From an uncultured Treponema sp. (GTDB taxonomy: Bacteria; Spirochaetota; Spirochaetia; Treponematales; Treponemataceae): a DNA stretch of 39,349 bases. The notes beneath the pieces are model-generated. The model searched no databases, was not told the DNA's origin, and saw nothing but the letters and a program-made list of their open reading frames with translations. A program made the position numbers and the translations under genes. The stretch covers positions 1-39,349 of the forward strand of contig CAMWPF010000001.1 in the NCBI GenBank assembly GCA_947176045.1, read 5' to 3'. Below are positions 35,201-39,349 of this stretch, one piece after another (position 1 is the stretch's first letter; the number at the start of each line of letters is the position of its first letter).

Positions 35201-38200
35201 TTCGCGTAAAAATTAAGCGTGTCGCCGACCGCCATGATGTAGCTGGACGCATCTTCATTAAAGAATACGTCGTCGCCTTCCTGAAAATAAATTGCGCGGC
35301 TGTCATCTATCCGGGCATCGGAAGGACGCACAACGGAAACAAAGCCGACCAATTCCATCGTCTGCTTGCCCGCCTTTATCGTCAGCGCGACTTTTGTCAT
35401 TCTGGCAGGAATTCCCGAAAGCGGAATTTCCGCTATATACCGTGTGGAGCCGTCAGCCGGCTTGGCAGGCTTTACGGAACCTCTTTTGATCTCACTTCCG
35501 CCTGGAACGGCTTCGCCAGAAATTTCATACGACACTGAAGAAACGGAAACGTCCGAATCGATATGGGCGACAATCTTTCCAGCGCCGTCCGCAGGAATCA
35601 CAATCGGCATGCCGCTCATATACCGCGCGTCGTTCACCATCGCAAAATGCGCGTCCAGCTTCGGAATAACTTCATTGACCAGCTTGTATTTTGAAGTGTA
35701 CAGCCGCTCCTTGCCGTTGAGGCGCACCGATGTTTCCGCCATCACATTGTTGTTGCCGTCGGAAAGCGTCTTGCGCTCGATTGTTCCGAACGGACCGGTC
35801 GCATTCCCTTGATACGCAACCGCATAATACACGTTTTCGCCAACCGCCCATGCAAACAGCGGAGCGTTCGGCAGGATCGGCTTCATCCCCTCGGCGGGAA
35901 CAGGAAGCGCCGGAATGTTCCTCACGCATACCGCCGCCGCGCCTTTGTTTCCGCCGGCACTTTCCGCAACGACTTCTACAATGTACACGCCGTATCCCAT
36001 CTTGTACGCATCAACAGGAATGCTGAATTCTCTGACCGCGCCAAGCTCCACAAACGACGACTCCGCCACCGGCGCCAACGCAGTCAAAACGCCGTCCGTC
36101 ATTTCCGCCCGCGCTGAAAAAATACGGTACCGCACCGAGGCAATTCCAGACTGGCAGTCCGCCGTGCCGCGAACCTCCACCGTGCCAATCTCGCCGTCTA
36201 TGACGGAACCAACGGCCTTCGCCTCCATATACACAGCCGGCACAATGGTGTCGTTCTTGAACGTTACCGGCCGGGAATCAAACCGCAGCCCTTGATCCGT
36301 TGTAACGCGGACGACGACCGGCTGGGAAATTCCGACTGCATTTCCCGGCACGAGGACGATTTGATTTCCGCGCAGTTCGGCAGAAGCAAACGGCGTGCTT
36401 GGAACAAGCTCGACGCTCGACGCCGTTCCGCCGATAAAATACCCGCTCGCCGGAAATTCAGTGCTGTTTACGATAATTCCATCCGCATTGATGGAACTGT
36501 CCTCAAAAACAACGCGGGGTGTCGTTGAGGAGACGACCGACGTGTTCGTAACATACAGAATTTTCTTGCATTCAACAGAACGGCCGGCGGTGTCCGTCGC
36601 GACAATTACAATCCGGACAACGCCGCGCGCCATATTGTCATCTATCGGAATATCAACCGCAACGGAAGCGGCGCCGCCCGCCTCATAGTCCTTTGAAATC
36701 GTTCCGTCCTTGCAGAAGATGTCATAATGCACCGAACTCAGCCCCAGCGCGCAGGATGCCTTCGTCTGGAACGAATATCCCGCCTCCGGATGAACTTCAA
36801 CGCCGTCAACAAAAGGAATCGCTTCCTTCCCCTTGATGAGGTTCGGAGCGCTGAATTCCGGCGGCGCGCCGCGGGCGGCAAAATGCACAACTGCCGGATT
36901 GCCTTCCACGCCGTTCCTGTCGACTGCGACAACTGAAATCGTATGCTTTCCCGGCGACAGTTCGGAACCATGCGCGACATCCGCAAAAAAGACGCCCAGC
37001 GTCTCCTGTTCCTGCCATTCGCCATCATCAAGCTTGAACTTGATTGAAGCCACGCCGTCGTCATCCGTCGCGATGCCGCGAACGAACAGCGTGTCCTCCG
37101 TTTCCACAAACGTTTCTTCGGTAGGCTCGGAAACCACCACCGTCGGCAAGTCGTCCGCCTGGTTCATCAAAATCGCCTGCGATTGGGAGACAACGTTGCC
37201 CGACAAATCTTCCGCAGTGATCGTAAATTTCCGTGAAGAATCTTTGGAGCCGATTGTGTCGAACACAATCCCCCAATATGGATTCCCCGGAACAAGCTCG
37301 AAGTCGCCGGACTCCTTTCCGAATTTCCATGAAACCCGCTTTATTCCGACCGTATCTTTTGCCAATCCAAAGACGGCGACCTTTCCATTCTGCACATCGT
37401 CTTCTGCGGGAAAGAGGATTTTGACTTCCGGGCTTGTATTGTCTACGAAATAAAGGAAGGAATAAATGCCGACGGAACCTGTAACGTCCGTCGCCTTGAA
37501 CCACAGCACCTGCGGGCCGTCCTCAAATTTCTTTGTGTCCACCGTAACAGTAAAATTCTTGGAATAGCCGTCCTTCGACTTCAAGAACTTCACGTCGTGC
37601 GTCGTCTCCCAACTGTCGATGGAATAGACAAGGCTGTCGATTCCGTTTCCGTCCGCAACCACGCCGGAAAACTTCACCGTGCCGGACACAAGCGTTCCCA
37701 TTCCATGGCTGTCCACGCCTGTAACTGGAGAACGCCTGTCCAGCTGCCACGTTACCGTCACCGGAATGCTCGCCAGCCCGTTGATGTCATAGCCGGTCGC
37801 CTTGATGGTGTGCGGGCCTTCCGTCAGATCGTTCGTGTCAAGGTAATACGACCAGCCTTCCGTTCCCGACGCGCGGATCGGCTCGCCGCCGTCAAGCACC
37901 AGCTCGACATAGGAAACCGCGTCGTCGTCAACGCACGTTCCAACGATGTTCAAGTTGCCGAAGACGCGCATATTCGGCAGCGGATTCGTGATGCCGCAGA
38001 GCGGCAGGTCGGACTTCGGATCGACATACAGGTTGAAAGGGCCTTCGACAAATTTATTTCCGCCTAAATCAGTTGCAGTAACAAGGATGTTGTATTTTCC
38101 AGATTTTTTGCCCGTCAGATCAAAGGATTCCTGCCAGCTTTCCAAATTATCTACATTTTTACTTTCAATATCTTTCGCACCATGCGCAAACGCAGCAGAA

Positions 38201-38253
38201 CTGACGGCAAGACACGCGGCCGCCAACGCAAACAACTTTTTCAGACACTCCAT
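32266..38253 (-). CDS. Large Ig-like repeat surface/envelope protein (~1995 aa) with C-terminal beta-barrel-like domain
   Basis: Start ATG 38253 (or GTG 38259; AAGGAG RBS at 38265-38270). Signal peptide ending SAAFA|H. Recurrent ~90-100-aa Ig-type motifs (D-x-x-G-N: ATDLGGN, AEDLSGN, VFDTAGN, ARDKAGN; D-x-x-x-P linkers: DNTSP, DSGAP, DNTNP, DNTVP). Aromatic strand-rich C-terminus ending GIRVNVF. Confidence 0.85.
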   Translation of the reverse strand: MECLKKLFALAAACLAVSSAAFAHGAKDIESKNVDNLESWQESFDLTGKKSGKYNILVTATDLGGNKFVEGPFNLYVDPKSDLPLCGITNPLPNMRVFGNLNIVGTCVDDDAVSYVELVLDGGEPIRASGTEGWSYYLDTNDLTEGPHTIKATGYDINGLASIPVTVTWQLDRRSPVTGVDSHGMGTLVSGTVKFSGVVADGNGIDSLVYSIDSWETTHDVKFLKSKDGYSKNFTVTVDTKKFEDGPQVLWFKATDVTGSVGIYSFLYFVDNTSPEVKILFPAEDDVQNGKVAVFGLAKDTVGIKRVSWKFGKESGDFELVPGNPYWGIVFDTIGSKDSSRKFTITAEDLSGNVVSQSQAILMNQADDLPTVVVSEPTEETFVETEDTLFVRGIATDDDGVASIKFKLDDGEWQEQETLGVFFADVAHGSELSPGKHTISVVAVDRNGVEGNPAVVHFAARGAPPEFSAPNLIKGKEAIPFVDGVEVHPEAGYSFQTKASCALGLSSVHYDIFCKDGTISKDYEAGGAASVAVDIPIDDNMARGVVRIVIVATDTAGRSVECKKILYVTNTSVVSSTTPRVVFEDSSINADGIIVNSTEFPASGYFIGGTASSVELVPSTPFASAELRGNQIVLVPGNAVGISQPVVVRVTTDQGLRFDSRPVTFKNDTIVPAVYMEAKAVGSVIDGEIGTVEVRGTADCQSGIASVRYRIFSARAEMTDGVLTALAPVAESSFVELGAVREFSIPVDAYKMGYGVYIVEVVAESAGGNKGAAAVCVRNIPALPVPAEGMKPILPNAPLFAWAVGENVYYAVAYQGNATGPFGTIERKTLSDGNNNVMAETSVRLNGKERLYTSKYKLVNEVIPKLDAHFAMVNDARYMSGMPIVIPADGAGKIVAHIDSDVSVSSVSYEISGEAVPGGSEIKRGSVKPAKPADGSTRYIAEIPLSGIPARMTKVALTIKAGKQTMELVGFVSVVRPSDARIDDSRAIYFQEGDDVFFNEDASSYIMAVGDTLNFYANVMDVASAELTSSSMAFSTSIDGNNVVVTATSEGSYPDVALRVRDSNGIAYTSAPLNIIVDSGAPEVVIASPALGKWMRKQFRLAGTVADPSGIRSGEYSLDGGETWKPLDFSFTRGNIGGTFNIVENVSEKEDGLIQIDVRVFDTAGNVAYARTAVQKDSVPPEVQVIMPEDDAVVNGDNMIAFRVLDEGNVAGVYYVGPPGTKAASKRGQLETEDSFVITHVGTKDMPIDDSMSFEFSDSAGNKTVLESWQFLIDSESDLPITEIHLPQDDEVITRDFTISGVVYDDDGPSTIYYRIDRGAYIELPEMGTSFAIDVPFSTMTDNEHTIYMYSVDINGVQGPVSERKFRVSTEEPKGAVVFPSIDTTVKGEVTIKGISSDLNGIDKVMISLDCGNSYNDTVGAEDWTYTFDTKAIPDGTHVIFFKIFDKYGIEALYSSLINIDNTNPDMTLELPLDDSTTTGPLFFSGFAFDNIGITEMFVKISSLESKSVNKRLSRVDFDLGRVISEVVDMSGLENGVYNIEVTARDKAGNETHASRNITLDKSKPLATVDLLYPLNGEHKQGIFNIYGEAAADKPIEALSLYIDGRFIADTQLTASGYFKFSASPEIIADGEHEYYVDARLEGGTVIRSRVQTLTYSTVGPWVTVDNFVYGDFAIERPYISGNAGYSLSEDELLISRTKEATKEQKEAVNEKKVEKVEISFDNGKSFKRVSKGEKWKHRIENLDLPEGYHFMIVRATMRNGETAIDRVIIQIDNTVPHIRLISPSVGGRYNQEMLFSGLSSDNIALKDVELTLRKGDKASYQVPSFIQGLYLDWNFWGATLFDIGIGLTFFDDNVKLQFQWGQFTQAQRNFFAKSDMRYGGDNVMGIKILANVGTIPFSYFFGRDWEWLTMNFAVGANFTRFNETNSGKPQILSALLAQMEFPRVSFPKNKCFSTFALYTEFSLWFIPTDVSGGNSDAIKNLIPQISEGIRVNVF

Positions 38254-38451
38254 AGACACACCATCTCCTTCAGTTAACTTCAAAAATATTTTACGCCCAA
38301 AACAAAAATCTGGCAAATTTCTAGTATATTTTACGGCACAAATATTTTATAACTTGAATTTCACGCCCGACCGGCGCACAATACATGATAAGGTACGTTC
38401 CGCCCGAAAATGCGGCAACGCGGCGCGGCAATACAATTACGGAGGTTTTTA

Positions 38452-39234
38452 ATGGACGGCGCAGAAGATGACGGAAGAATCAAGGCGGACGGCGGACTGC
38501 CGGAACAGACAGCGGCGCTGCAAGCGCTGTACGACGCAGGCGGCAGCATCGTATTTTTCGGCGGCGCGGGCGTCTCCACGGAAAGCGGCATCCCGGACTT
38601 CCGAAGCAAGGACGGACTGTACAACCAAAAGTGGAAGTTTCCGCCGGAAGTCATCCTCAGCCGCAGCTTCTTCAACGTAGCTCCCGCAGAATTCTACCGC
38701 TTCTACCGCGAAAAGCTCATCGTGCGCGGAGTCAAGCCGAACGCCGCGCACATCGCGCTGGAGCGCATGGAAGCAGCCGGAACGCTGTCCGCCGTCGTGA
38801 CGCAGAACATCGACGGACTGCACCAAGCCGCGGGCAGCAAGACCGTCTACGAACTGCATGGAAGCACGCTCCGCAACTTCTGCATGGAATGCGGCGCCCG
38901 CTACAGCATCAACTTCATCGCAAAAAGCGCCGGCGCACCGAACGGCATCCCCATCTGCAAAAAATGCGGCGGAATCGTCAAGCCGGACGTCGTCTTGTAC
39001 GAAGAAAGCCTCGACGGCGCGTGCATGGACGGCGCAATCCGGGCAATCTCCCGCGCAGATATGCTGATTATCGGCGGAACCTCGCTGACCGTCTATCCTG
39101 CGGCCGGACTTATAGACTATTTCCGCGGCGACCGGCTCGTCCTCATCAACAAGACCGCCACCCCGACCGACAGCCGCGCGACGCTCGCAATCCACGACAG
39201 CATCGGCGCAGTCCTCGGCGCGCTGACCATCTGA
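38452..39234 (+). CDS. cobB: NAD-dependent protein deacylase (Sir2/CobB family)
   Basis: GGAGG RBS, ATG 38452. 'GGAGVSTESGIPDFRS', 'TQNIDGLH', 'ELHGS', CxxC...CxxC, 'KPDVVLYEE', 'GTSLTVYPAAGL'. Confidence 0.95.
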   Translation: MDGAEDDGRIKADGGLPEQTAALQALYDAGGSIVFFGGAGVSTESGIPDFRSKDGLYNQKWKFPPEVILSRSFFNVAPAEFYRFYREKLIVRGVKPNAAHIALERMEAAGTLSAVVTQNIDGLHQAAGSKTVYELHGSTLRNFCMECGARYSINFIAKSAGAPNGIPICKKCGGIVKPDVVLYEESLDGACMDGAIRAISRADMLIIGGTSLTVYPAAGLIDYFRGDRLVLINKTATPTDSRATLAIHDSIGAVLGALTI

Positions 39235-39349
39235 CACCGTTCTGACACGAAAGAAATGTATTTTTTCCGCCTTCCAATCAGGGCGTTCCGGCATCGTGCT
39301 GGCGCACGCTGCCGTCGGGTGCTTGCCTTTACTCCTCGGCCGCTGCGCG

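Noticed and set aside
32266-38253. Neuraminidase/sialidase call suggested by Asp-box-like S-x-D-x-G motifs
   Set aside because: The motifs sit singly within Ig-like repeats. No FRIP motif or clustered propeller arrangement is visible.
38452-39234. Sir2 domain as an anti-phage NADase (Thoeris/DSR type)
   Set aside because: Canonical stand-alone CobB-type deacylase with a zinc-binding subdomain, no fused domains and no defence neighbours.

Overview
A GC-rich, gene-dense chromosomal window of about 26 CDSs, most likely from a host-associated spirochaete (Treponema-like). That assignment is inferred from the envelope proteins and gene context, not from a database search. Left to right: a 5'-truncated MATE transporter; a secreted beta-strand-rich putative outer-membrane protein; a ~220-bp palindrome-rich intergenic insert; a sigma70 promoter, FMN riboswitch and ribD-ribE-ribBA-ribH; a minus-strand DUF711 (PFL-like)-GNAT-putP run; ppk1 followed by a stand-alone compact OLD-like ABC-ATPase/TOPRIM nuclease; yfcE, a TrmH-family methyltransferase and ppdK; dnaX-ybaB-recR; DUF763 translationally coupled to an unusual helical-HD-GYP-GNAT fusion; an Rrf2 regulator with a palindrome over its promoter; a tightly packed five-gene minus-strand envelope operon; and a sirtuin. 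The envelope operon encodes a ~2000-aa Ig-repeat protein with a C-terminal barrel-like domain, a helical-plus-barrel protein, a membrane protein with a degenerate HD-GYP domain, SlyX, and a secreted HExxH metallopeptidase/barrel protein. It is the best candidate for an undescribed system: a possible trans-envelope, cyclic-dinucleotide-linked adhesin or surface-sensing module. No rRNA, tRNA, CRISPR array or transposase gene was found.
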